From: a virus
Strand: one strand, 5' to 3'
Virus record (IMG/VR): IMGVR_UViG_3300040801_001812
Span: 64,509 to 128,508 of that record
Length of the DNA: 64,000 nucleotides
Made by a program: the position numbers and the translations under genes. The notes beneath the pieces were generated by a model. The model did not search any database. It had not been told where the DNA came from and saw only the letters and a program-made list of their open reading frames with translations. Position 1 is the first letter of the stretch; the number at the start of each line of letters is the position of its first letter. This document shows, piece by piece, positions 55,082-64,000 of this stretch.

Positions 55082-55447
55082 TTACTCCAAGCCCGCCATG
55101 ACTGCGACGAAATTGTCATGGAACATATCAAGCTGCGCGGAAGCAGCCTCAACGTATCCTTCACTCTCGACCACGTCGTCAATCTCAGAGATCGCCTCGG
55201 CGACCTCGGTGTCACTGCACTCGGCCAGCTCGGGGTCTTCCTTGGCACGTGCGATGTAATCGTCGAGCACGGAACGATGGCTGACCTCGGCTTCAATCAG
55301 TTGAGCAACGAGTTCTGCGTGAACGCCCAACAGATCATGGATCTTCTCGGCTTCGTCGATGTCTTGGATGTCTTCGAAAATCGATGGGGCCTTCTTGTCG
55401 TCTTCGTCAGTGGCCCACTGGTAGTAAAGTGTGTCAATCGGGGTCAT
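55082..55447 (-). CDS. acidic helical protein, possible prohead core component
   Basis: SD GGGAGG; E/D-rich. Confidence 0.7.
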   Translation of the reverse strand: MTPIDTLYYQWATDEDDKKAPSIFEDIQDIDEAEKIHDLLGVHAELVAQLIEAEVSHRSVLDDYIARAKEDPELAECSDTEVAEAISEIDDVVESEGYVEAASAQLDMFHDNFVAVMAGLE

Positions 55448-55498
55448 TTTGAATCCTCCCTAAAATACGCGAACGTACACCTAATAAAACCCTATTGC

Positions 55499-56653
55499 TC
55501 AGATCTCTTCAAGAGAATCCTCTCGTACTGGAAGAGAAACCCTTGTCGAGACAAAACTACGTCGTTTACGGGATCTCTGGCTACGCATCGTCGTGTTGAA
55601 CGCTGAAGCCGAGATAACCCGGTTCCCAGTACGAGACCACGCGGTCTCTCTGCGAAGAGCCTCTAACCGGTGGGCGGTGTTCTTGGCACGGTCCAGAGCA
55701 ACCTGGATTTTCTGTTGCGCCTCATCGTGGTTGCGGGCTGTTACTTTTGCGATCCGACGAAGAACTCGGTCTTCATCCGGATCCGTCCGTGTCACACCGC
55801 GCCCCGGCGTGTATGTCTGGAACCCCTGGCCCCTATAACGCTGGATAAGGTTGTTGGGCATGTGGTCTTCAGGGATAAACTCACCAATCCCATACCACTC
55901 TTCCCCGTCCGGAACTCCGATGTTAGCCATGTGCTCGCGGATCCGCTTGCTGATACGGTCGTTCCACACCACGTCGGGTGGGGCAACTTCGTGATAGGTC
56001 AAACGGAAACCGACGCCCAACGGGGTGTACACATCCGGGTTATGGCCCCCGTCTCGCCCAATTTGTACGCGCCGAACCTTGGTAGCCCCTGTTCGCGTAG
56101 TACGGGTTCTGGATGCCCGCGAGTAGACCTTACCCAGCGGCTTATCCAGTACTTGCGAGGCGTACCTCTTGGCCGTCTCCATGGATGCAAAACGCATCCC
56201 AGGCAGGGTAGGATCCCACGGAAGCCAGATCTCATGAAGACGGGGCTTAACTGGGTGGGGCATAACGCCCGCAGCTATCCCGCCTTTGGCCTGCAACCGC
56301 TTCAGCAGGATGTTGCCCAAGTCTTTACCCGACATCAGAGCCGTGGGCTTGGGTACATCAGCAACGATGATACTTGGGTGCTTCCATACCGTTCGGCCCG
56401 ATGCTACGCCCAACACGTAATCACGCATCGCAGACGTTGAGGTTCCTACTTGACGGCCTCCGCTGTTGATTTGGGTATCATGGATGTACCCGATTGTCTT
56501 GGCCGTACCACCTTCCCATGGGAGCCGAACCGTGCGGATCTCGAAGCTATGGCGTACGCCAGACTTACCGTAGTCAGCGTCTTCTGGCCGTGAATACTTC
56601 TGAGTCTTAACGGCAAGATAAAACAGGCACTTCTCAACACTGATAAGGCCCAT
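55499..56653 (-). CDS. basic hypothetical protein
   Basis: TAATG-coupled to the 1104-aa gene. Confidence 0.7.
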   Translation of the reverse strand: MGLISVEKCLFYLAVKTQKYSRPEDADYGKSGVRHSFEIRTVRLPWEGGTAKTIGYIHDTQINSGGRQVGTSTSAMRDYVLGVASGRTVWKHPSIIVADVPKPTALMSGKDLGNILLKRLQAKGGIAAGVMPHPVKPRLHEIWLPWDPTLPGMRFASMETAKRYASQVLDKPLGKVYSRASRTRTTRTGATKVRRVQIGRDGGHNPDVYTPLGVGFRLTYHEVAPPDVVWNDRISKRIREHMANIGVPDGEEWYGIGEFIPEDHMPNNLIQRYRGQGFQTYTPGRGVTRTDPDEDRVLRRIAKVTARNHDEAQQKIQVALDRAKNTAHRLEALRRETAWSRTGNRVISASAFNTTMRSQRSRKRRSFVSTRVSLPVREDSLEEI

Positions 56654-59600
56654 TAGTCAACTCTCATCATCTTAGCGGCCATGTGGGCACCGATGCCCCC
56701 AGGCACAGTTGAACGGCTCCGGTAATCCTTCTTGTGTTTTTTGCCCTGTTGGTATTTTCCGCTATCCCCATATTGGCGGTTTCGAATACTTTCCCAGTCA
56801 GTGTTGGAATACTCTTGAGGCTTGTACTGCGTCCAAGTGCCCGCACTTTCATTCTGGATAACTCCGAAGTGCATGGAGGCCCACTGGGCTAGAAGACGGG
56901 CATGTTCTTCTGGAAAGAGCTTACGGCGACCACCAAGATCGGTGACTTTCATCAAGCGTCCAACGGCCTTGTTATTCACCGACCGGCGAAGAAGACGGTA
57001 GAAGATTACCAACTTAGCGATATCTTCAGAAGGAGCCTTGACAGCAAGAACTCCGGTACGGTGCCCTGACGAGCCAACGGGGGCATGATACTCCGACAGC
57101 TTCATCTGCTTCACAACTTCTGGAACCCGAACAGTCCTCCCAGAAGAGCCAATCTCCTTCTTAACAAAACGTACGTATTGCCGTACGTTGTTCATCATGT
57201 CATACTCTTTTGTCCCCCGCTCAGGACGACGACGGAGCTGCACAGCTAGGAGATGCTGCATCATGTTGTTGATCTGCGTCTCAGTTGTGGTTTCTAGCTC
57301 CATCGCTTCACGGATGTACTGGTCCCACGCGGCTTCACGCTGCTCGGCAGATCCGCTGTGTTCGTATGCCGAAAAAATACGCTTGATTACGTTCCCTGCT
57401 CTGTCAAAATGTGATTTGATGACCGGGGAGAACTTCTCACCAAGGTCCATGTACTCCATTTCGGGTGTTGCATAAGGGGTGTGGTGGTCTACCACCCCGG
57501 CACTCACCGGGTCTGTGTCCCCTAGCCGTGCGCGGTTTCGAATAGAAGTGATGATCTTTTTGTCGTAATCTGGGCGCTGCACAAATTTGCCGGGGGGCGC
57601 AAAAACCGCCTTTCCAGTCTTTTTGTCGCGGATGTAGTAGTTGTTCCCTGCACGACTCACAAACTTGAACTCAACATCCGCGTCATCATCCGGATGAGAT
57701 GCGCCTGCTCCCACAAAGGGCGTAGGAGCCGCAAAGAGATCAAGCTCTTGCATGGAACGCCGCTTACCCCTCGGAGTACGACGGAGGCGGTTCAACATCT
57801 CGTTATCAGTGATGATTTTACGAGCAGTCTTGTTCTTCGAAAGCAGGCCAAACTCTTTCTCAGCCGCAGACGGGGGCATCGCGACGACCATCATATACGC
57901 GTCATACGAGACCCCGTTAATCCGATAACCACGCTGAGTAACTTGGATCCCCTTCGGGAGCATCCTGTTGTACCGCTCACGTGCCTTCGGGTCTGTCGAG
58001 ATCGAAGGCCGGATTAAACGGGCGTACGGGAACGGCAGGTTAGGATGGGCGCGAATGAACGACCACGCATGGACCTGCTCAAAGAATTTGAAGTCTGAAT
58101 GGTTGTCCCGTAGCCACTTCTTGAGGTGGGACTCACGCACCGATGTCAACTTCATGGGTTTGATCTTCACCCGCTTCGACCGGATGATGTTAAGCGGGAT
58201 CATAAACGTCGGGCTGGCATTCGTCTCCGACGCTCCATGAGCGAGCACGTACTGGATGAGGAAAAGCGCCCACGGCTCTTTCTTCCCACCACTAAACGCC
58301 TGCGTACGCCGCTTAGCCCGCCTCTTGTTGATCTCTCCACGAGACCAAACTAGCGGGAGTCTTTCCCCTTTGGAATTCAGGTACTTCGCCCCTTCAGCCG
58401 CTGAAAGATTGAACCCCATAGGCTTTTTGAACCCCTTACGGAGCCAATTGACGTAGTTGTTCCAATCCTCTTCGTCAATGCCCTCTGGAGAGTCTGCCAG
58501 TGGGTTAGAGGGTGTTTCGAACATCCCCGCTTTCTTTACATCGTAGTTGAACTTCTGGAGCATATGAACCGGGAACATACGTTGTCCCTCGGCATTGGCG
58601 TTGTAGGCATCCTTGATGGTTGTTTCAACGGCCCGTTTGAACGCCTGAGCTTGGTCATCAGTACGCCGATCAAGCTCACGCTTAGAGATCATCATCCCGG
58701 CCTTCGGACCACTTGTTTGCACCATATAGTAGGCTAGGTGTGGTCGGTCGCCAGTGACTTCCCCGTAATGCTTTAAGGCCCCGTGATACAGGCTCTTGCT
58801 CTGGTACCACCACGTAGAATCCCTCAACCCAGGACGGATGATCGGGTGGTCGATGTACAAGCCGAATACGGCCTTGTACCCCGGAACCTCAACGATAGCC
58901 TTTACGTTCTTAGCCGCAGGCATATCGAAGAGCGACCGCTGATCCACAGACTCAGCAGGTTTTGTGAAAGATCCGTCTGACAGCATCCAAACACGCATAC
59001 GCTCGTCAGCCGTGACGGTCTCGTGGCGCATTTCCCCGCCCTCAGCTCGAATGGACCCCACTACAAGGCTTCCCGTAGCTGGGCGGTTAGGGCGAACAGG
59101 GGGCTTGGCCCGCTTGATGTTCTTCAAGACGTCATGCTCGTCCCTGTGGTCCGCCATGGCGTGTTCAACGGTCTTCTGCGGACCCTCATGGGACTGGGTA
59201 GCAAAAACGTAAAATCCGGGCTGAGATGCGTACCCCCAAGCGGTGGTGACGTAGTACTGCATCAGACGGTCTACGAGCTGTTCCTGGGTATTGTGGCGGG
59301 TTACTGGGCTAATGAGCTTGGTGTAATCAGGGTCATCGATGTAACGGATAACCTCGGGTGTTCCGCCCAGATGGTGAATCGCCTTCCCGGTCACCTTGAA
59401 TTGCAGCGAAGGGTGCCCCTCAGGGGTGCGGATGGTAGTCCGGGTGAGGTCAATCCACCCCAACACCTGCTTGTTAGACTGATACCACGCACGCCCTTTT
59501 GACATCAGAGCACGGGCAACAGCCGCCCTATCTCCCTTTTCGTAGTGTTTCTGCCCTTCTGCAACGAGCTTTTCGAATACTGAACGATCCGGCCCCACAA

Positions 59601-59967
59601 GGTACACCCGCATCTTGGATACGGGGAACCCCTTCTTCATAGAGGTTGCAGCCAGATCAGCAGTACCCCTACGGTCGTGTGCCCACTTAAACAGGGCCGC
59701 GTAATCAGAAGGCATCTCCGACGAAGGCATGAGATGGACATACACCTCGGGATCTGACACCTTGGTTGCAAAGAAACCGGGAACCACGACCGATGAGAAG
59801 TTCTTGTTCGAGACCAACTGCTTCCAGTTATCGGCATTGCCGATTTCAATGGTGTCGAACACCTTCCAATCGGGCTGCTTGAAAGTGTCCTCTACCCCAT
59901 GTTGAAACGGGGATGAGAAGGACTCCAGCAGGGCGCTGGCCGATTCATATGGACCAAATACACCCAT
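56653..59967 (-). CDS. large basic hypothetical protein (1104 aa), putative internal or ejected head protein
   Basis: Long ORF in the head module; N-terminal ALLE-S. Confidence 0.8.
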   Translation of the reverse strand: MGVFGPYESASALLESFSSPFQHGVEDTFKQPDWKVFDTIEIGNADNWKQLVSNKNFSSVVVPGFFATKVSDPEVYVHLMPSSEMPSDYAALFKWAHDRRGTADLAATSMKKGFPVSKMRVYLVGPDRSVFEKLVAEGQKHYEKGDRAAVARALMSKGRAWYQSNKQVLGWIDLTRTTIRTPEGHPSLQFKVTGKAIHHLGGTPEVIRYIDDPDYTKLISPVTRHNTQEQLVDRLMQYYVTTAWGYASQPGFYVFATQSHEGPQKTVEHAMADHRDEHDVLKNIKRAKPPVRPNRPATGSLVVGSIRAEGGEMRHETVTADERMRVWMLSDGSFTKPAESVDQRSLFDMPAAKNVKAIVEVPGYKAVFGLYIDHPIIRPGLRDSTWWYQSKSLYHGALKHYGEVTGDRPHLAYYMVQTSGPKAGMMISKRELDRRTDDQAQAFKRAVETTIKDAYNANAEGQRMFPVHMLQKFNYDVKKAGMFETPSNPLADSPEGIDEEDWNNYVNWLRKGFKKPMGFNLSAAEGAKYLNSKGERLPLVWSRGEINKRRAKRRTQAFSGGKKEPWALFLIQYVLAHGASETNASPTFMIPLNIIRSKRVKIKPMKLTSVRESHLKKWLRDNHSDFKFFEQVHAWSFIRAHPNLPFPYARLIRPSISTDPKARERYNRMLPKGIQVTQRGYRINGVSYDAYMMVVAMPPSAAEKEFGLLSKNKTARKIITDNEMLNRLRRTPRGKRRSMQELDLFAAPTPFVGAGASHPDDDADVEFKFVSRAGNNYYIRDKKTGKAVFAPPGKFVQRPDYDKKIITSIRNRARLGDTDPVSAGVVDHHTPYATPEMEYMDLGEKFSPVIKSHFDRAGNVIKRIFSAYEHSGSAEQREAAWDQYIREAMELETTTETQINNMMQHLLAVQLRRRPERGTKEYDMMNNVRQYVRFVKKEIGSSGRTVRVPEVVKQMKLSEYHAPVGSSGHRTGVLAVKAPSEDIAKLVIFYRLLRRSVNNKAVGRLMKVTDLGGRRKLFPEEHARLLAQWASMHFGVIQNESAGTWTQYKPQEYSNTDWESIRNRQYGDSGKYQQGKKHKKDYRSRSTVPGGIGAHMAAKMMRVD

Positions 59968-59969
59968 AC

Positions 59970-60368
59970 TTACCGCCTACGGTACGTGCGGCGAGCAACG
60001 CGGGGGCGGGCACCGGCACGTGGACGCCGAGGACGGGATGGGCCAACCATGCGTTTTCGGACAGCCAAAGTACGCTGACGCTTCATCTTGGACCGGGGAT
60101 TACGGGCCGCACGCATACGAGCAGCACGGCCTTTACGAGCAGCCCTTTTCGCGATCATGCGTCTTTTCGGGTCTTTTCGCCCGATAACCCGCTTAGTCAT
60201 GTACCCCCCACTAGCAACCTTCACGCGAACACGGTGGGCCTCTTCAATAGCCTGCTGCTTCCAGTCTTCATGCTCTTCATAGAGGAGTACATCCGAAATA
60301 TCCGAAACGTCATAGCCACGGGCTAGACACTCGTCAAGAATCTTGTCAAGAGTTGGGTCGAAGTTCAT
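59970..60368 (-). CDS. prohead core protein (T4 gp68-like): acidic leader plus Arg-rich body
   Basis: Acidic N-terminal 43 aa ending AIEE-A, then a protamine-like R/K-rich region; SD AGGAG. Confidence 0.65.
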   Translation of the reverse strand: MNFDPTLDKILDECLARGYDVSDISDVLLYEEHEDWKQQAIEEAHRVRVKVASGGYMTKRVIGRKDPKRRMIAKRAARKGRAARMRAARNPRSKMKRQRTLAVRKRMVGPSRPRRPRAGARPRVARRTYRRR

Positions 60369-60405
60369 AGGCTCACTCCTGTCACATAATGAATACCGGA
60401 GCTTG

Positions 60406-61242
60406 CTACTTCAGGGCACGCATTCCACGAAGTAGCTCTTCCCTCGTTGGTGCGTTCCTCTTCACCTGCCGGTAACGCAACACTGTCGGGTGCTCGATTC
60501 GTAAGTGACACTTGCAGTTGCTCTTACACTGGGTATCCCCAGAAGCGGGTACTGTCGGAAGATTCGACTTGATGAACGGACTCTTCGCTGCCAGATACAG
60601 GCAATGGGGACAGTGCTCGGCTGGTGAGGTCTCCCAATAGTAGAGGGCCGTAACCGACGACCCCAACACCCGAGAGGTATTGTACATCGTCTTGAGCGTT
60701 TGGACGTACATCTCGATCCGACGCTTGGGGTCCATCTTGGAGCGATCTCTCTTGACGTCTTCGATAAACTTCTTCCAGTAGTCGAACTCTTTACGGAGGA
60801 AGGACTCCAACCAACGTTTGTCTTCGGCGTCCAGACGCCCCCCGACGAACCCTCCCTTGATAGACTTGTTCCCGAGAATAAACGCCTCCGTATAGAACTT
60901 ACGGAAGATAGCTTTAACCGTTCGATTATGAGGATACTGTGCGGGTTTCCCCGGAACGTAGTCAGAAGGCTTGCCCGCTTTTCCCGCTTTTTGAGGTGAC
61001 CCCTTAGGCTTCACCTCTGGGGTTATCCCGGCGAATAACCTCTTAAGCTCTCGCCGGAACTCGGCTTCGAGACGGGCAAATTGTGGAAACGTAAAACGTT
61101 GCCCCACGTCGTGGTGCACCTGATGGCGCTTAGGACGTAGGGCAGAATTGATAACAGCAGCGATAGCATGGTGCCGCCAGGGATCCTTTGCCTTGGCGTG
61201 CCCACCGATGTTTTTCGCTTCAGTCAGATTTTTCTTTGTCAT
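60406..61242 (-). CDS. head morphogenesis protein (Mu gpF/SPP1 gp7-like)
   Basis: C-terminal W.....EHC..C..LA..SP.....LP..P..G.T.C..NCKC.L; start set at MTKKNLTE. Confidence 0.7.
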   Translation of the reverse strand: MTKKNLTEAKNIGGHAKAKDPWRHHAIAAVINSALRPKRHQVHHDVGQRFTFPQFARLEAEFRRELKRLFAGITPEVKPKGSPQKAGKAGKPSDYVPGKPAQYPHNRTVKAIFRKFYTEAFILGNKSIKGGFVGGRLDAEDKRWLESFLRKEFDYWKKFIEDVKRDRSKMDPKRRIEMYVQTLKTMYNTSRVLGSSVTALYYWETSPAEHCPHCLYLAAKSPFIKSNLPTVPASGDTQCKSNCKCHLRIEHPTVLRYRQVKRNAPTREELLRGMRALK

Positions 61243-61375
61243 CCTTCGGCTCTTCGACCTGAGGGGTGTCAGGGTGAGTAGCGTTGTACATCTTAGCCAT
61301 CTCACGCTCGACTGTAGTGAACTCCTCTGGAGCTTCCGGTTCCTGCATCATGTGGGGCAACTTCGTGTTAAACAT
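61220..61375 (-). CDS. 51-aa hypothetical protein
   Basis: SD GAGGAG before ATG 61375, overlapping the HU stop. Confidence 0.55.
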   Translation of the reverse strand: MFNTKLPHMMQEPEAPEEFTTVEREMAKMYNATHPDTPQVEEPKDDKEKSD

Positions 61376-61718
61376 CGTCGGTCTCCTCTTCTTCGGCGAG
61401 TCCAATCAAGTGCATGAACTCTTGTACGCGATTATTGAGCTGTTTGAACGCGTTAAATCGCACAAAGACCTTGAACTTGGTCATGTGCGTCTCTTCGGTC
61501 AAACCGGATTTTACCTTACGGGGCGGCTTACAATCCGGGTAGAACCGCCCGAACCCCTCCAAATACACGTCCTCGCCGTGTGAAAGCGCATCTCCGATCT
61601 CACTGAACGTCTGTGACATCAACCCCATCAGTTGTTGTTGGGTCATCTTAGGATATCGTGAATCTTCGTCAACTGCGCTCCATACACGAGTAGCTAGCTT
61701 TTGAAAGGTAACAGACAC
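61368..61718 (-). CDS. HU/IHF-family DNA-binding protein (second copy)
   Basis: I.DAL..GE.VYLEGFGRF....PR......T.E......VRF...K.L. Confidence 0.9.
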   Translation of the reverse strand: MSVTFQKLATRVWSAVDEDSRYPKMTQQQLMGLMSQTFSEIGDALSHGEDVYLEGFGRFYPDCKPPRKVKSGLTEETHMTKFKVFVRFNAFKQLNNRVQEFMHLIGLAEEEETDDV

Positions 61719-61730
61719 TACGGTCCTCCA

Positions 61731-63527
61731 TTATTTCTCCTCCGTCAAAACCACTTCTTTCCCCCCGTCCTTCCTTACCGACTTGATGGCCTCGTTCAGC
61801 CAACGTATCGGGATAGCGGGGGGTTGGTGGTTTTCCAGAGTCATTGCGTGGGCCTCGTCTGAGGGGGTCCAATTTTCAAGTAGCTCACCAACCACGTCCA
61901 TTTCTTCTTCAACGAGGTCACGAGCCTTGAGGTCGTTTAGAACACGCGAGCGGAAGTCTTCGTTCGCTGACTTGTTCTTCTGGTTGTCGCCCTTGCTTTG
62001 CAGCCCAGCAGTTGCCTGTGCCGTACCCACATCCACTGCTGCCTTGTTCTGGAGTAGCTGGGTCTGCATGTCGATTTGGTCTTGGTTCAGGTCCGTCTGA
62101 GCCGCTCGGAGGGCCTCGTCAGGGATAACCAACTTTTCGATCATGCTCTTATCGAGATCCGGGTAGTACGACTCAAGGATGAACTTGACCCACACGTCGC
62201 GATTGAAGTTCATCTGCGTACCTAGGTCGTTAAGAAGCTGCATAAGCTGGACCCGGTTGAGCAAGATCTGGTCATACTGTTGGCGGGCGATCTTCGACAC
62301 ATCAGCGAGATGCAACGTGAACTTCGCCGCCTTAGCAGCGTCCGCATCCCCCCACTTCACAGCAAGGTGGAAACGGAGCATGATCTCCAGCCCCTCAAGG
62401 AGCGAGACCTGAAGACGGTGCAACTTACGAGAAAACCGTACGTCTTGAAGTGCTAGCGCTTCACGGGAGTTCCACGCACCGGATACCTCTCCGGTAAGGT
62501 AGTCACGTGGGATCCCAAGGGCGACGTACAGCTTCTCGTTGAAATGGTCCAAATCCTGGAGCTGTCCCTGCTCAGGGGGAGCGGGGAGCTTCTCGATCCT
62601 AGACCTCTCTGTGGCCGAGTTCACGGGCCAGAAGAGGTTTTCCAACATATGGTGGGGATCGTACTGCTGTTCGAACGTGTCGGAGTCGGGATTGATGTAG
62701 GAACGCTTGTTCCCGAACTTCCTCTTGTACTGGTTGACGATACGCAGCCCATCTGTCGGCGAGGCAGCGCCCACGTCGATGTAGTACACAATCCGCTCAA
62801 CGGCACGGTTCAAACGGTAGATAGCAACAGAGTCTTCTAGGAGTTTGAGGTGGAGCCAACGCTTACGCGCAGGCTCGATGATCGCACGTCCGTACATGGT
62901 TGAGAACCCGAAGGACAGCATCCGGAAGTGGGCACACTCCCAAGGCAGAAGCATCCCATCCTGACGAGGTGAAACCTTCGCGATCTGCTGGTCAACCTTG
63001 TAGAACTTGACAAGATCAACGCTAGGACCGACCCTCTGAACGTACTGCGGGGGTAGGAAGAGGATCCGGTCCAAACCTTGGTAGGTGTACCTCTGGTGCA
63101 AGAACATGTCACCGTATTTGGCAAGGTTACGGGCGAACCCCTGGATCATTGTTCGAAGACGCAGACGTGTGATCACCTCTTCAACATCTCTGACGGCCTT
63201 GGAGTCCCCCGTCACCCAAAGGTTGGTCTCCTTGATGAGGTCCTGCTGTGTGGCCTCCTCAGCGTAAATATCGAGAGCAACAGAGACGTCACCGTAGTTA
63301 TCCATGGCATCGTAATCACGGTAGCGCATCTTGCGCTCCCTGTGCATACGAGTGATCATGTTGAACTGGCTGAGAGCTTCCTCAATGACAGCCAAGTCCC
63401 CCACTAGGTCGTCGCTCCCGATCATCTGAGTAGAGATACCACCTAGCTGCGCCCTTACCGCCATCTCTTGGCGTAGGATCTTGTCCAGCCCAGTGAGCCT
63501 CATCAAACCTGATCGGATATCGGCCAT
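61731..63527 (-). CDS. gp20: portal protein gp20
   Basis: ALDIYA.E, R...KYGD, HFR, YG....E.AR..W..L..LED...IYR..RA.ER.VYYIDVG, AL.IP..YL, LA.QD.RF.R...RLQ. Confidence 0.95.
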   Translation of the reverse strand: MADIRSGLMRLTGLDKILRQEMAVRAQLGGISTQMIGSDDLVGDLAVIEEALSQFNMITRMHRERKMRYRDYDAMDNYGDVSVALDIYAEEATQQDLIKETNLWVTGDSKAVRDVEEVITRLRLRTMIQGFARNLAKYGDMFLHQRYTYQGLDRILFLPPQYVQRVGPSVDLVKFYKVDQQIAKVSPRQDGMLLPWECAHFRMLSFGFSTMYGRAIIEPARKRWLHLKLLEDSVAIYRLNRAVERIVYYIDVGAASPTDGLRIVNQYKRKFGNKRSYINPDSDTFEQQYDPHHMLENLFWPVNSATERSRIEKLPAPPEQGQLQDLDHFNEKLYVALGIPRDYLTGEVSGAWNSREALALQDVRFSRKLHRLQVSLLEGLEIMLRFHLAVKWGDADAAKAAKFTLHLADVSKIARQQYDQILLNRVQLMQLLNDLGTQMNFNRDVWVKFILESYYPDLDKSMIEKLVIPDEALRAAQTDLNQDQIDMQTQLLQNKAAVDVGTAQATAGLQSKGDNQKNKSANEDFRSRVLNDLKARDLVEEEMDVVGELLENWTPSDEAHAMTLENHQPPAIPIRWLNEAIKSVRKDGGKEVVLTEEK

Positions 63528-63529
63528 GC

Positions 63530-64000
63530 TTACCCCTTAATTGAACGCATCTGCGGGAAGCTGGTACCCTTGGTGTCTCCAGCAAAAGCGAAGAACAGCC
63601 CCACAACACCGCTAACTATAGCAGAAATAGAGTTTTCGCTCAACTTCATGTTGAGCAACGTTCTACCTACGCGGGCGATCTCCCCATGCACGTTCTGACG
63701 CTTCATGGACCGGTACAAACGGTCGATCTGAACGTCGTGTTTCGTCTTGTCGTAGGCATCCTTGAACGACAGGCGCAACCTCTTGACAAGCTGCTGGTCA
63801 CGGAACATCCGCTGCAACTTACTGGGCGGGATAACCTTACCGCCGAACTTCGCTCTGGGGATGAGCTGCTGAAGTGCGCTCGGGTTCGTCATCAGATGCT
63901 GATGGAAAGTCTCGAACGTGGCCTCCAAACTGCTGTTAGGGTTCAGTAGTCCCATCCGTTGGGTCTGAGCCAGCGTACGAAACAGGTTAAGAAAGGCCCG
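63530..64000 (-). CDS. hypothetical protein (5' end outside the window)
   Basis: The frame of 63530..63955 stays open to the window edge (RAFLNLFRTLAQTQR-MGLL...). Confidence 0.7.
   Translation of the reverse strand, partial: RAFLNLFRTLAQTQRMGLLNPNSSLEATFETFHQHLMTNPSALQQLIPRAKFGGKVIPPSKLQRMFRDQQLVKRLRLSFKDAYDKTKHDVQIDRLYRSMKRQNVHGEIARVGRTLLNMKLSENSISAIVSGVVGLFFAFAGDTKGTSFPQMRSIKG

Noticed and set aside
1-64000. CRISPR array, tRNA, rRNA, integrase/transposase, intron or intein
   Set aside because: No repeat-spacer periodicity, cloverleaf, or mobile-element/HINT motifs seen by eye; intergenic gaps are too short for most
1-64000. Stop-codon reassignment
   Set aside because: Core genes are intact in the standard code, and TAA, TAG and TGA all terminate genes at tight junctions

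Overview
The window is the virion-morphogenesis region of a large, distantly T4-like contractile-tailed phage, with essentially every real gene on the minus strand and many coupled by TAATG/ATGA overlaps. Read in transcription order (right to left) it holds: portal, HU, Mu-F-like head protein, about 12 kb of mostly very basic unknown proteins (probable prohead core/internal proteins), a prohead protease-scaffold fusion, gp23-type capsid, neck (gp13/14/15), sheath, tube, tail chaperone, tape measure and baseplate (hub, gp5-like spike, a 1889-aa beta-helix protein, a papain-fold protein, gp25, gp6). These are followed by fibre/receptor-binding genes with an embedded sulfotransferase, a lysis cassette (amidase and holin-like genes), a metallophosphoesterase, a second HU, and a UvsW-like helicase apparently split around an origin-like intergenic region. 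The most notable observations are: (1) one beta-rich module shared by four different virion proteins; (2) a family of cationic proteins with apparent protease-cleavable leaders; (3) a candidate +1 TTT_CGC frameshift in the tail chaperone; (4) a scaffold nested in the protease gene; (5) a recurring TTTATT candidate late-promoter motif; (6) a candidate sRNA; (7) the split helicase/origin locus. All calls come from motif recognition by eye; no database searches were run.
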